Assembly (NCBI RefSeq): GCF_006345805.1
Contig: NC_043013.1
Location: 55,428,001-55,492,000 of the forward strand
Length of the DNA stretch: 64,000 nt
Source: Octopus sinensis
Lineage: Eukaryota
Reading direction: 5' to 3'
The translations under genes were made by a program, and so were the position numbers. The notes below the pieces were generated by a model. The model made no database searches. It was given only the letters and a program-made list of their open reading frames with translations, and was not told the DNA's origin. The stretch's first letter is position 1. The number at the start of each line of letters is the position of its first letter. Below are positions 1-12,751 of the stretch, piece by piece.

Positions 1-1691
1 AATGGAGTTGGAACCTAAAAGTGTCATATAGCCAATCTATTGGTATTTCTACTCTTGTTGGTTCCTTTTCTATGACTCTTTCCTTAAGCTGATTTCTATG
101 TCTCCTTTCCATTCCATTCCATTTACCATACATCATTCTTCCTATGTATGTTACAGTTTTTCCTTCTTCCCAGTATTGCTTGCCATTTTTGTACATTCTT
201 ACATATACTTTATCACTTATTCTAAAGAATTTTGACATGTCTTTATTGGCACGTATTTTTTTCTTCACTGGTAACAGTTTATCGAATACCGACTTCACCT
301 TTCTGGCAAACATTAATTCTGCTGTTGAACTTCCTCCTGGTGCATTTGGGTTCAGAGTTACGCTGTATACCCTTAAGAATTGTTGGATCATGACCTCATC
401 CATGGCTTCCTTATTAGCTTTCCCTAAAGCTCTCTTAAAAGTGTCCATGAACCATGCGGCCCTTCAATTCGATCAAGGGTGATACGGCGCTATAGTTTTA
501 TGTTTTAATATGAACATCTTGTAGAATCTTTTTAACTCACAGGATACAAACTGTGTTCAGTTATCAGAGACAATTATATCTGGTACACCAAATCTTGCAA
601 ACAGCTTGTGTAAGAAGTTTGTTACCATATATGAGGCTGGTCATTTACATCTCGCAACCTCAGGCCATTTTGTGTAGCCGTCCACTACTATTAAGTATTT
701 TCACTTCTGGCCAAGGTTCACATTTTGTAGTAGGTAGTTTTGCTGCCAGCACACATCCTCTGCAGCCTTTTACCAGGTTTTCAATCTCCTTGTCCATGTT
801 TAGCCAGTATACGAAACTGCATCAGTGATTTCATTCTAAAGATGCCTGGAAGTCCCACATGGAACTCTTTTAGCATTCTCTTCTGTAATGCTTGTACATG
901 ACCACCCTCTGAGCATACATTAATACACCATCACGTATAGAGTACACGTTCACATCTTGGCGGTTGTTTGCATCAAACCTTTCTTTATTTCCTTTTGTCG
1001 ACCACAGTTTTCTTTTTATCTCGTTAATAAATTTGTCATTTCTTTATATTTCTTCCAAAGGTACTGGTAGTTTATGCACGATGTCCCACATCACTTTTTT
1101 GGTCTCTGTTTCTGCTCTTAGTGCTGCTATTATGGCGTCCTCCAGCAGTTCGTTATTTCTTGGAATTAACCTGGACAGCACTTTGAAATGCCCCAACTTT
1201 TTTGAAAGGCAGATATTCCATTCTATAATTGTAGTTTAATAGAATGGTACCCCACCAATGCAGTCTGTTTGCCATATGTGCCAGTATTCCTTTCTTGGAA
1301 CCATATATCTTTATTAGAGGTCTATGGTCCGTTTGCAACCAAAAACGTCTGCCATAAACAAACTAGTGGAATATTTTCACACCAAATATGATAGCCAATG
1401 CCTCTTTTTCAATCTGGTTATAGCTCTTTTCCACCGACAATAATGTCCTTGATGTGTGAGCTATGGCCTTTCTCCTGTCATCGTTATCCTTGTGTAGGAT
1501 GCTGGTTTCTATCCCATACTCGGTAGCATCTCTAGTTAATATTATCTATAAATTTGGGTCAAAATGCATAAGATACAAGTCTGAAGTTAACACATCTTTT
1601 AACTCATTAAATGTTTTCTGGTATTTCTCTATCCAAACCCATTGGGAATTTTTTAAAAATAAGTCATTAAGTGGTGCCCTCACCTTATGTA
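1..1691 (-). mobile_element. Ty3/gypsy LTR-retrotransposon pol relic (RT connection, RNase H, integrase), with stops and frameshifts
   Basis: Minus-strand translation gives HKVRAPLNDL, EKEALAIIFGV and LQTDHRPLIKIYGSKKG...LLNYNYRMEYLP (ORF 1153-1338, RNase H-like). It also gives an integrase zinc-binding-like segment near 760-830 and FARFGVPDIIVSDN*TQF...IAPYHP*SN (integrase core, 470-610). Continues off the left edge. Confidence 0.9.
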
Positions 1692-4600
1692 TTTTTTTAA
1701 GCGTTTGCTCATTACAATGTCCTTAGACCACTGAAAACATAAGAGCTACAAGTATAAAATGGATGCCAGACAGAAATCAATAGGTGATGATGTACATCAG
1801 ACTTAAATTGAAGAGGAAAACAAGACTGTGGAAGGGAATTCCAAAGTTCAGAGGTGCAAAGGAGGAAACTCGTACACTTGGGAGGTTGCACAGTATACAG
1901 ATGAGAACTGGATGCAAGTCTAATTGATTGCTGATAAGTTCTTAAAGGGGGAACCAGAGAAGAGAGCTCAGCCAAATGATGTCCATGAAAATATCTATAG
2001 AAAAAGAGACAAGGAAACCACACAATGACGATGATAGATCAGGACCAATAGCATTATAAATACGGCGTTGAATGCGGCCCAGCAGAGTTAAACAATCCGC
2101 AGGGACACCTGCCCATAAGTGACAACAGTACTCAATGCAGGAGCGAATGATTAACTTATAAAGGTAAAGAATAGTCTCAGGCATGAGATAACTCCTTGAA
2201 CGAAAGATTGAGCCTACCTTCATTGCAGCCGATTTGGCAACAGATTCAATGTAAGTCCTCCAAGAAAAATCATTACAGAAAGTCACTCCTCAGAGACGAA
2301 GAGAACGGCTCTCAGGTAAGTCAATACCATTCATCGATAACAATGGCAAGAAAGGATGTTTGAAATGATTAACTGAAAGAATTTTAGTTTTCTATGGATT
2401 GAACGTTACAAGCCATTTCCTATCCAACTCAACAATTGATCGAAGATAATCCTCAAGGTTAGCAGTGATCTCAACCTTATCAGACAAGTCGTCAGATTTG
2501 TCCAAACAAGAGTACAAAGTGGAGTCATCAGCAGAGATTATTGACTGACAGATGATAGGATCAGGCTGATCATTGATAAAAAGAAGAAAGAGAACTGGGG
2601 GCCCAGGAGAGGTCCGTGAGGAACCCCAGCATTAATAGAATAACTAGATGAAGATTGACCATCAAGAACAACCTTGATCCTACGGTCATAAAGGAAAGAA
2701 GAGATAATGTTCAACATGAAACCTGACACACCAAAGGAATGGAGCTTCTACAAAATTCCAGCATCCCAAACCCTATCAAATGCCTTAGAGATATCAAGAG
2801 CAACAGCCCTAGTTTGACCAGATACATTTCAAAGCACATTAAACATGCTCTGATATAACAGTGAGAAGATCAGCTGTAGACTGTCCAGCACAGAATCCAT
2901 ATTGAGAATAAATGGTTTGAGTCAAGATATTTTACAAGAGAGTCATTAATGTAGGACTCAAAAACCTTACTGTTGATTCATAGTAGACTAATCGGTTTTA
3001 TAAATACAAGGATTAGATCGATCACCACAGTTCTTAAAGACAGGAACAACAGATGGGAATTTCCATAAAGAAGGAAAACAAGATTCTGAGATACACTTTT
3101 GGAAGAGCCTAGATAAGATAGAAGACAACTCAGGAGAGCACTTCTGCAGAACAATGACTGGAATACCATCAGGTCCAGTTGCTTTACCTGGAGCCAACCG
3201 AGCCACAATGGCCGCAACCTTAGCAGAAGTAATATGACAACTGTGTAACAGTTTATCAGTTTTGAAAAAAAAAAACACAATAGAAAGTGGATGACTAAAA
3301 TCCTCAAGAATAGAGTGAGAACCAAACAGTTGAGCAAAGAGCTCTGCTTTATCATTAGATGTTGTCAGGAGCTCAGGTCCGTTGAATAAAGGAGGAATAG
3401 AAGACTTATTGTTACCTCTAACACTTTTAATAATTCTCCAAAAGTCACAAGAGCCTACTTACTGGGATGAAATATGATCATAAATCTGCTGCTTGTAGTC
3501 TGATTTAGCATCATGAATGACAGCCAAACAGTGGTTGCGAGCATTGGTGAAAATCTGTTTATTCACTGCAGAATTATCTCGCTGAAACTGGGGGAAGAAA
3601 TGATTATGATTGGCAAGAGCAGCAGTACAAGCAGGAGAAAACCAGGGTGAGGAATGTAGTTTCAGATGGTATGAAGGTGTTAATACCAGCAGAAATCCAA
3701 GCAGTAACTTCCCCAGTACAGGCCTCAGAAGGTTTGGCAAAAATATCAGTCCAAGAAGCGTCATGAAGAAAGTCGGTCAAATTGTCCCAGTCACCACGAT
3801 CATAGTTGAATAGAGAACGATGAAATGGGGACTCTTTGGCAGCAGAACAATTCAGTAAAATGCCAACTGAAACAACAACATGATCAGATCCCTGCCAGTG
3901 GAGAATCATGACAAACCTAACAAATATCAGGATGATGCCAAAAAGAGATCAAAGAGGGAAGAAAATTGGTCATCCTGATCAGGAATGCAAGTAGGAAAGA
4001 CAACAAGTTGTGTGAGTGATTGAGAAAGTGTGAAATTATACACTTCGATGCCAGAGGCAGTAGTGTTATGAGAAAACTTAGGCCACTCTTTGTGGTGAAT
4101 ATTAAAATCACCAAAGATGAATATATTTGCAAAGTTATGAAACAAGAGAGCCTTATCGATGCTGTCAGTAACAGACTGTATAACAGAACAATTTTGAGAA
4201 GATGTAGAACGACAGAGAAAGAACAAGTATCTAGTTGAATGCAGAAGAGAAAGTTGAAAACACATGAAAGACTGCGGAGGATCCTCAAGATCTTCCTCTC
4301 AAATGATGGGAAGATTGACATGACCAAAGATGCCCAAGCTATGTATATGATTGCCAAAGTCCTTCTGGCAAAGAGGAAGATTGCCAGGAACAACAAAAGC
4401 ATCTGAAATGTCTGGACTGAGATTTGTCTCACTCAAAGCAAGGATGTCAGGAGAGTTCTGAGTAAGAAAAGACTCAACATCCATAACATTAGAATGGAGA
4501 CCATGTATATTGGAGAATGCAATAGTCAAAAAAGCAGGTGATTTAGCTGAGTCTGGTTTGAAATTTTGTTTACTGGAGACCACCATGACTGAATTGATAA

Positions 4601-4933
4601 AAAAAAAAGACCAGCAAGAGTTTTCCACTTTAAGTAAGCAAGTAATCAGCTTCCCCATAATGCTCCAGCAGACGAAGTAAGTGTGGCCTTGGGAAAGCCC
4701 ACCAGACACCCATCCATGCGTGACATTCACTATAGATACACCAATATTATAGTGCAGCCTCTCCATGCACTAGCAGAGAGTTTGGGCTCCTATCTAACCA
4801 GTCGGAAGTAGCTACCAGAAAACTATACAATCCACTAACCTCACCTAGATCAACATGAAAACATGAAAACCATACAAACCAGATAATGAACATCATCAGA
4901 GGTTAAGACGGGCGTTCAAGGCTGTGGCCAGAA
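1692..4933 (-). mobile_element. Near-full-length, degraded CR1-clade (Zenon-like) non-LTR retrotransposon: APE endonuclease + RT, no visible ORF1
   Basis: ATG at about 4586, then FSNIHGLHSN...DILALSETNL and IFGDFNIHH (endonuclease). RT region: KATGPDGIPVIVLQKC, SINAGVPHG, SADDS at about 2522-2536, IEYCCHLWAG, ELWNSLP. Short A-tail at 1692-1698. Spread over several frameshifted ORFs in the track. Confidence 0.88.
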
Positions 4934-5065
4934 TATTTGGTATAAACACTTGGTAATAATTTACCAAGCATAGAAATCTTTATAGCATTGCCACCCACGT
5001 TCGTTGGGAGCAGCATATTTCACATTGCTGTTGATAGAATGGTTCTATCTGGCACTCTACAGGTA
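4934..5065 (-). mobile_element. Upstream continuation of the gypsy RT, separated from 1-1691 by the LINE insertion
   Basis: Minus strand reads AM*NMLLPTNV...RFLCLVNYYQVFIPN. This joins in frame to IHKVRAPLN at 1691 once the LINE is removed. Confidence 0.75.
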
Positions 5066-5299
5066 AAAATATTTAGGTCAAATATGGCCAACTTGAATTC
5101 TAAATTGTTACAGTGATCTGCATTAAAAGCTTCCAGCTTGACAATGGCCGTTATTTGATGGGATTTTTTATGTAAAAAAACTAGGTGAAATAAAAACAAT
5201 GAATTTCAATAGAAATATACTAATGAGTGAGTAAATCTGGTGTTTAGAACTTAAATGTCCTTACACAAAATTATGATAAATGTTTTCAGCTTAATTTGG

Positions 5300-5718
5300 C
5301 ACCAGGTCAGCAATTTTGGGGGAGGGGTTTAGTTGGTTCTGTTGAACCCAGTACGCAACAGGTACTTATTTTATCGAGCCTGAAAAGGTGAAAGGCAAAG
5401 TCAACCCTGGTGGAATTTGATCTCAGAACGTAAAGACAGATGAAAAGCCACTAAGCATTTTGCCCAGCATGTTAAGGATTCTGCTAGCTCACCCCAAATA
5501 ATCTTTTCTACTCTAGGCACAAGGCCCGAAATTTTGAGGGAGGGGGCCAGTCGATTAGATCGACTCCAGTATGCAACTGGTACTTAATTTATTGTCCCCA
5601 AAAGGATGAAAGGCAAAGTTGACCTTGGCAGAATATGAACTCAGAACATAAAGAAAGACGAAATACCGCTAAGCATTTTGCCCAGTGTGCTAACATTTCT
5701 GCCAGTTCACCACCTTAC
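5300..5718 (-). mobile_element. Two tandem copies of a tRNA-derived SINE (family A)
   Basis: Both match the better-preserved copy at 54989-55220 (GGTGAACTGGCAGAA head; GTTCTGAGTTC B-box-like segment; GGTCAACTTTGCCTTTCATCC body). Confidence 0.75.
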
Positions 5719-6905
5719 CTCACCACAAATATTAATTCTTTAAATCACTAAGTTTAGTCTCAAAGAACTAGAACTATTTTCAGCAGGGTTGGCATCAAAA
5801 TGGTCAAGCCAGTTGGGTAATCTTTTGAAAGTAGCCCACTAGTTGTGAATTTTATATGTAACGAACAGTCAGCATTCTGAAACCATGCCATATAGACATC
5901 TCTGCAGAGTTTAGCAATGTGTGTCATAGACTCACACACAGAACATATTATGCTTAAAACAGTTATACAGCTTGTTCTCATACGTAGTGGTAATAATGGA
6001 GATGAAAAAGGATGACAGGACTTGACATGAAGTCTTGTTTGCTTGAGTTTCATGAAAATAATTGGCTGTATGGATGTGTGTTTGTGTTTGTTCAGCTCAG
6101 AGAGAAGTGACACTACTTTGAAAGCAGAGCAGACAGAGCGATTTTTATATAGCAGCTCCACATATTTACTATAGCAGACAAATTTCTATTAAACAACTTT
6201 CTACTACATTAGAATTGGTAAACACACAGACAAGATCAGACTCATAATAAACATGGAATAAACAGAATCTAAATGAAACAATGGAACTGCTATGATTGTT
6301 GTTGCTGTTGCTGTTTAATCCAGATCAGTTTGATCAATTCAATATTGTACATATTTTATCAATATTTAATGAACCATGGCGATGCAAAATAACATGTCTA
6401 TGCATCAGTAAATGAGAATGCATGCCCACACTTCCTTCTACTGAATCCACTCACAAGAATTTGGTAAGCCTGGAGCTATAGTAGAAGACATTTGGCCACA
6501 ATTCCATATAACGGATATCAGGGAGGAAAATGAACCTAAAACCACATGGTTAAGAAGTGAATCTAACCACACAACCATACCTGCACCTTATATCATCATC
6601 ATCATCATCATCATTTAGCGTCCGTTTTCCATGCTAGCATGGGTTGGACGGTTTAACTGGGGTCTGTGAAGCCGGAAGGCTTCATCAGGCCCCAATATAT
6701 TAATACAAAGATGATAAAATTGGTAGAGCATCACACGTAATACTTTGTGATATTTTGTTATTTCACATTCTGAGTTTAAAAGCATCTCAGATCAATTTTG
6801 TCTTCTCTCTTTCAGAATTTCATTAAATAAATACCAATCATCTTCTGGGGTTTATGTACTATTGATTATTTGTGAATTTTATGCTTTAACGAAGAAACAG
6901 AAGAT

Positions 6906-6943
6906 TCCTCAACGTTTCAGACTGCTGTCCTTCATCAGGAAAA
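6906..6943 (-). ncRNA. Minimal PLE-type hammerhead ribozyme motif
   Basis: Minus strand: UUUUC-CUGAUGA-A-GGAC-AGCA-GUCU-GAAAC-GUU-GAGGA. Core intact, 4-bp stem II, stem I with G-U pairs, palindromic ACGU in place of helix III. Confidence 0.6.
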
Positions 6944-8924
6944 ACAAGAGGAAAAAAGAGAAAATAGAAAAACAAATAGAACCTTCTGCCAAAAAAGAAA
7001 AAAGAAAAATAAATAAAAAGCAAGTTAAATTTTCCTCTGTTTCTTTCCAACATAAAATTATTCATCCTGTTACACTTGTTCCTGAAACATTTTGATTGAA
7101 TTACCACAAGCTGAGTTTTATCTACCTCTGGATAATGCTGCACTGAATGCATATATAGCTAAATTCCTCACAGACGGAGAAGAAATGTAACATATTTCTG
7201 GCTGAGTCACAGGCACTGCCATTGACTAGGCTACTCAAATGATAGGTCAGTTTAGGAATGTAGTTGCTGAAAAGATACTAGAATAAATAAAAAAAAAAAA
7301 ACTTTCCAATCTTTAAAAACCGAGAAAAGGAAAGTGGAGCACAAAAGAAAACAAAAAAAACATCTTTCAGAAAAAAGTGAAATTCATGATCAGATGAGGG
7401 AATATATTTTAGAAAAATACATAATAAAACATAATATTGAATGATTTGTTTTTAATACAAAAGGGTTAAGGTAAATTATTAAATAGTTAATTTTGGTAAA
7501 ATGAGAAAGTTGCAGGGAAGATGACCTTTTAATTAAAAATATTTATATTTTATGATAGAATTCCAGGTTGGAATATTTGAAAATGATCATTTTTCGTGTT
7601 GATATTGACCTTTCACCTCTCAGTCACGTTAAGTATATTCAAGTTTAATGTACGTTTTAAGAATTGATCAACAGCAACACATAGGAAAGTACATGCCAAC
7701 GAGGGAGCCACTATGTTATCACTCAACCTGCTAGAAATAACAGCCAAATCTTCCCTTAAATCACACAATACCATCTTAAAAGGGGACAAAAATCATACAT
7801 TAGATAATGTACATGTAAATACTACTCCTGGTTGGCCATGGCTTGGACACCTTGGATTGTAGATCTGCTGCATTTGGGGGTTAATAAAGAACTAAGCAAT
7901 AATAACAATAATGATAATAATAATGATGATGATGATGATGATGATATCAGTAATGTCAGTAGCTAAACTTCCAATATACACGGTCTATTTACGGAGCTGC
8001 ATTTCAAATTACCACAGAAGTCAATTTGATATTTGATTAAGGAACATATCCTCATCATTATTGTAAATAATATTATAAAGCTGCTAAATTATTAAATAGA
8101 AAATTTTTAATTTTAAAGTACATTTTAAATTAGAATTATGGAAAATACTTTCATTCTTGCTATTAACACAGTTCTATTAACCTATATACAAGAAGTTGGA
8201 AGCAAGTTCTTCATATTCTTATTTGCCATAAACAAAATAAATGCATAACATTTCCTATATTATTTTATCTTCAATTAGTAATTTTTTAAAAATTAATTCA
8301 ACTTTATTAAATTGAACATAGTTCATTTCAAAGTCAATAAGTATGTTGTTAAGCATGTTTTAATTCTCATTTAGAAGAAATAATTATATTATTCATGTTT
8401 TAGTTACAAAAGTAAAGGATTCTACCAAAAAATAAAACTAAAGAATTCAGAGATCTTACGGATAGTTGGAAACTTCAATGAGTGCATGAACTTGGATTAA
8501 TGCATTTCATCAATAATTGTTGGTGCTTATCCATAACATCCGAATTGCCTTAGCTTTTGAAGAACATCAACAGACTATTCTACATTTTTGATGGAATAAT
8601 TAGAATAAATAATTAGAATTAAGATATTTATTCCAAGTTTCAACTCAGAATTGCTAAAGCATGGAATAGCTACATGCATCAGTTGTTAGCTGTCAGGACA
8701 CAACACTTCCAGGCTTCCTGACACTCTTCAACCATACACCTGATGTTCCCCACCTCTGCTTTTTCAAAGACTTATTCACTGTTCACTTCCTGTGCATATT
8801 CTGTGTCCTGTTCATGCAGTTTTGGTTACTTTTGCTGATGAGTTGTAGCATACCTGAGAACTGTATGAATAAGTGTATTATATTATGTTATATTATGGAT
8901 TGCAGAGTGACCCGCTGTTCTCAA

Positions 8925-9320
8925 GGAGACCTATTGAGTCAAGTACGTCAACACCAACATCAAAATAAAAATCAAATGGAAATTGTAGTTAAGACACCTG
9001 TGCCAGTGACACGTAAAAAGCACCATCCGAATGTGGCAGATTCCAGCGCCGCCTGACTGGCGTCCGTGTCTGTGACACGTAAAAGCACCAACCGATCGTG
9101 GCCGTTTGCCAGCCTCCTCTGGCTCCTGTGCCGGTGGCATGTAAAAATTACCCACTACACTCATGGAGTGGTTGGCGTTAGGAAGGGCATCCAGCTGTAG
9201 AAACACTGCCAGATCAGACTGGAGCCTGGTGCAGCCTCCATGGCTTACCAGACCCTGGTCGAACCACCCAACCCATGCTAGCATGGAAAGCGGACGTTAG
9301 ATGATGAAGATGATGATGAT
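8925..9320 (+). mobile_element. RTE LINE 3' UTR fragment with (GAT)n tail
   Basis: Shares GGCGTTAGGAAGGGCATCCAGCTGTAGAAAC...CCATGCTAGCATGGAAAGCGGACG and the (GAT)n tail with the 3' UTR of the RTE at 31168-33215. Confidence 0.8.
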
Positions 9321-9507
9321 GATCACTTTGAGTTTTACTAAAACAAAAAAACAAACAAATCAGCAAATTTGCAAACTCATGTAATAAATGATGAGTCTTT
9401 TTATCTACATGATGTGAAAAAGTCTTTACAGAAAGTACCTCTGAATTCCCTTCCCCATAACCATTCTTTATCCATGTATGGTTAGTTGAAATTATCAATG
9501 AACTCAC

Positions 9508-9579
9508 AAAATGGTTGGAAGGATTTCCATCAGTTCTCCAATGAGAATTCAGTTGTTCAATCAACTGAGTTATCTGCTC
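9508..9579 (-). CDS. Candidate 72-nt phase 0-0 exon (EQITQLIEQLNSHWRTDGNPSNHF), product unknown
   Basis: AATACAG| acceptor, |GTGAGT donor, only frame 0 open, non-repetitive sequence. No homology recognised. Confidence 0.3.
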
Positions 9580-9584
9580 CTGTA

Positions 9585-9797
9585 TTAACCCTTTTGATAC
9601 CAACCAGCCTGAGACAAAACCTAATTCATGATTTATAGTAATTCAAATTAAAATCTTCCTTCAAAAATCATGTTAATTTACATCTTAAACACCAGATTAA
9701 TGAAAACAAGATTATTTTCTTAAATTTTTTATTACTTTCAAAATTAATTGGAACAAAGCAATGTTATCAACAAGAATATGGCAGCAAAAAAGGTTAA
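9585..9797. mobile_element. TTAA-flanked MITE (piggyBac-like ends)
   Basis: TTAA-CCCTTTTGATACC at the left and GGCAGCAAAAAAGG-TTAA at the right; imperfect TIRs around an AT-rich interior. Confidence 0.45.
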
Positions 9798-11339
9798 TTT
9801 GTAAGTTACTGAGCATTCCACAGCCAGGTTTACTTTTAATGTAATTCTCAGTCAGTGCATAGCAAGGCTGTATTTTTCAAGTACAGTTATAATCTATGTG
9901 TGGAGCTTCTTTACAGTTTCCACTCAGCCAATTCCCCCCCCCCCACACACACACACAAACTATGGATCAACCTGAGGCTAAAGAAAATGACATTTGACCA
10001 AGAGGTCTCATTAGGATTGAGTCCTGGGCCTTGAAAAACAAGATTTTTAACTGTTAACCCATATAATATCCAAATGTCTCAAACCACCCCTACGCAACCT
10101 CTCCAGATTTACTGTCTCTCCTCCTCTACCCACCACCATATTTAACACCCCACTACCACCAGATGCCATACAGCCATCTTTTGCCAGTCTTTCCTCTCCA
10201 GAGAAAAAAAAACTCATTTCAAATGCTACAGATGTGTAAAGAAAGACCGACCAAAACTTTCAATTAATGAAAACTTATAATTTTTACTGGACTGTCTAGA
10301 AATACACGATGCATTATGATATTTCATCTTGCCACATCTCTCTGCTCATATCAGAGAATATTTCTGGTTGACTGCTAATATCCTTTATTATGATTATCTC
10401 TCCTGCTTCTGTTATAGTTATCGTATTTACAAAATTCAAATCAATAGATAACAGTGTCTCCTACATGATCGAATTACAATGCCTTGTAGTATTTAGATAT
10501 ATCCCTGTATGATCTAAGTTCAAATAATGCTGTCATCAAGTTTGGCATTTATTCTACTGGGGTTGTTAAAATATTAAAATTAATTTAAGTGATCAATTCT
10601 CTGACTCGGAACAAAAATTTTGTGGCTTTGTATCTGTGACAGAAATCTGTATGGAATTCTAGTTTGGTAAATGAATGCTAATTATTAATTTATTTAGTTT
10701 GTCTGCTATTATAATAAGATTTCAGATATGTGTTGAAGTAGCTGCATGTATTTATCAATCATGAATGAGAAGAATTCATAACATAAAAATGTCAATCTTG
10801 GTGTGGTTTCCTATCAAAAATATTTGGGGATTACAGAAATCTGTGCTGTGATGGCATCTAATATCAGAGACTAATTGAATTTTGTAAAGCTGGGGAAACG
10901 TTAGGAAAGGTTAACTTTCTTCTAACCTCTACTCATTTTTGTCATACTAACCAACTGCAAAATTTAATTGTTGTGCTGCCTATTGAAAACTACTGACTTG
11001 CAAAAGATGATCCATTGTAAAACATTGAATAAACTAACAACATTCTTGTTATCTCTCCTGTCTACCGTATCTTTATGAAATATTTAGTTACATGAAATCA
11101 TTTCAGTTTGACAAAAGCTTTTCATGTCTTACAATTCTGCTTCACTTTAACTTAATTATTCCCTAACATTATGAGTCTATTTCGAATGAGAGATAAGGCT
11201 GATGTCACTAGACTGAATTTATCTATAGAAATTCATATTTCAGTTGTAAATTATTTTCAGCCTCATGCTCTGGACAACAAACTTGATATGTGCAGAGAGA
11301 TTTGACAACCTGAAACGTTGTCAAAATGCATCTTACAGT

Positions 11340-11526
11340 TCTATATTTAAGAGATGAGGAATTATTTACATTATTTACATTTGACAGATCATTGTCCTCA
11401 TCTTGTTTGCTGTTAACACAACGTTTCAGCTGATATACTCTCCAGCCTTCATCAGATGTCTTGGGAAATTTTCAAACCTGGGCTCTCATTCCTAAGGTAT
11501 TTTTCGATATTATTATTATTATTATT
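11340..11526 (-). mobile_element. PLE-type tail with hammerhead motif; inverted copy of 12850-13025
   Basis: The reverse complement aligns with 12850-13020 along its length. Contains ACAU-CUGAUGA-A-GGCUG-[10 nt]-CAGCU-GAAAC-GUU-GUGU at 11416-11459. Confidence 0.7.
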
Positions 11527-12746
11527 ACCCGACAGAGTGTAAGTGCCTTGAGAGAAAAGTTGGACCTAAGAAACATCAGATGTGGTGTGCAAGAGAGGCG
11601 TCTACGCTGGTATGGACATGTGGTGAGAATGGATGAAGATAGTTGTGTGAAAAACTGTCACACCCTAGCGGTTGAGAGAACCTGTGGAAGAGGTAGACCC
11701 AGGTAAACCTGGGACGAGTTGGTGAAGAACGACCTTTGCGCTTTAGGTCTCACCAAGGAAATGAACAGAGACCGAGACCTTTGGAAGTATGCTGTGCACG
11801 AGAAGACCCGGCAGGACACGTGAGGCCATAACCCATGGCCCCTACCTGGGACGTAGTCAGTCCACCTGTGCATACCTTCCTTCTTGGGACACATAACTCT
11901 ACTTGTGAAAACCTGTTGAGGAAAGTGAAAATCAAATCAAATCAAAATCGATGAACATCAATGGAATTTGTAGTTTTGTGGTACCATTTTTGGTGGCACA
12001 TAAGAAAACCATCCGAACGTGGCTGTAGCCAGTATCGCATCGACTGGCCTCCATGCTGGTGGCACGTAACAAACACCATCCGAACGTGGCCGTGCCAGCC
12101 TCGCCTGGCCTCCGTGCTGGTGGCACGTAAAAAACACCATCCAGCATGGCCGTTCGCCAGCCTCGTCTGGCACCTGTGTCGGTGGCACATAAAAAACACC
12201 ATCCCAGTGTGGCCGTTCGCCAGCCTCGTCTGGCACCTGTGTCGGTGGCACATAAAAAACACCATCCAAGTGTGGCCGTTCGCCAGCCTCTTCTGGCACC
12301 TGTGTCGGTGGCACATAAAAAACACCATCCGAGTGTGGCCGTTCGCCAGCCTCGTCTGGCACCTGTGTCGGTGGCACATAAAAAACACCATCCGAGTGTG
12401 GCCGTTCGCCAGCCTCGTCTGGCACCGGTGTCCATGGCACATAAAAAAAAACACCATCCGAGCATGGCCGTTCGCCAGCCTCATCTGGCACCTGTATCGG
12501 TGGCACATAAAAAACACCATCCAAGCGTGGCCGTTTGCCAGCCTCGTCTGGCACTGTGTCGGTGGCACATAAAAAGCACCCACTACACTCACAGAGTGGT
12601 TGGCGTTAGGAAGGGCATCCAGCTGTAGAAACACTGCCAGGTCTGACTGGCCTGGTGCAGCCTTCTGGCTTCCCAGACCCCAGTTGAACCATCCAACCCA
12701 TGCTAGCATGGAAAGCGGACGTTAAACGATGATGATGATGATGATG
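11527..12746 (+). mobile_element. 5'-truncated RTE LINE (ORF C-terminus + 3' UTR + (GAT)n tail)
   Basis: VSALREKLDLRNIRCGVQERRLRWYGHVVRMDEDSCVK...GRGRPR, homologous to the end of the 31168-33215 element; same 3' UTR and tail. Confidence 0.9.
11991..12580 (+). repeat. Tandem array of about 9 copies of a ~63-bp unit inside the RTE 3' UTR
   Basis: Unit GGTGGCACATAAAAAACACCATCC...GGCCGTTCGCCAGCCTCGTCTGGCACCTGTGTC starts at 12181, 12244, 12307, 12370, 12433, 12499 and 12561, with more divergent units from 11991. Confidence 0.95.
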
Positions 12747-12751
12747 ATTGT

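Noticed and set aside
4780-4933. Ribozyme at the LINE 5' end (CTGATGA present on the minus strand)
   Set aside because: There is no downstream GAAA or stem II, and I could not build an HDV-like fold by eye.
11301-11325. Hammerhead at TTTGACAAC-CTGAAAC-GTTGTCAAA
   Set aside because: It is only a 9-bp hairpin; the core and stem II are missing.
11991-12580. CRISPR-like array or repeat-protein gene
   Set aside because: The units are contiguous with no unique spacers, lie inside a LINE 3' UTR and have no cas genes nearby. The ORFs arise because the unit length is a multiple of 3.
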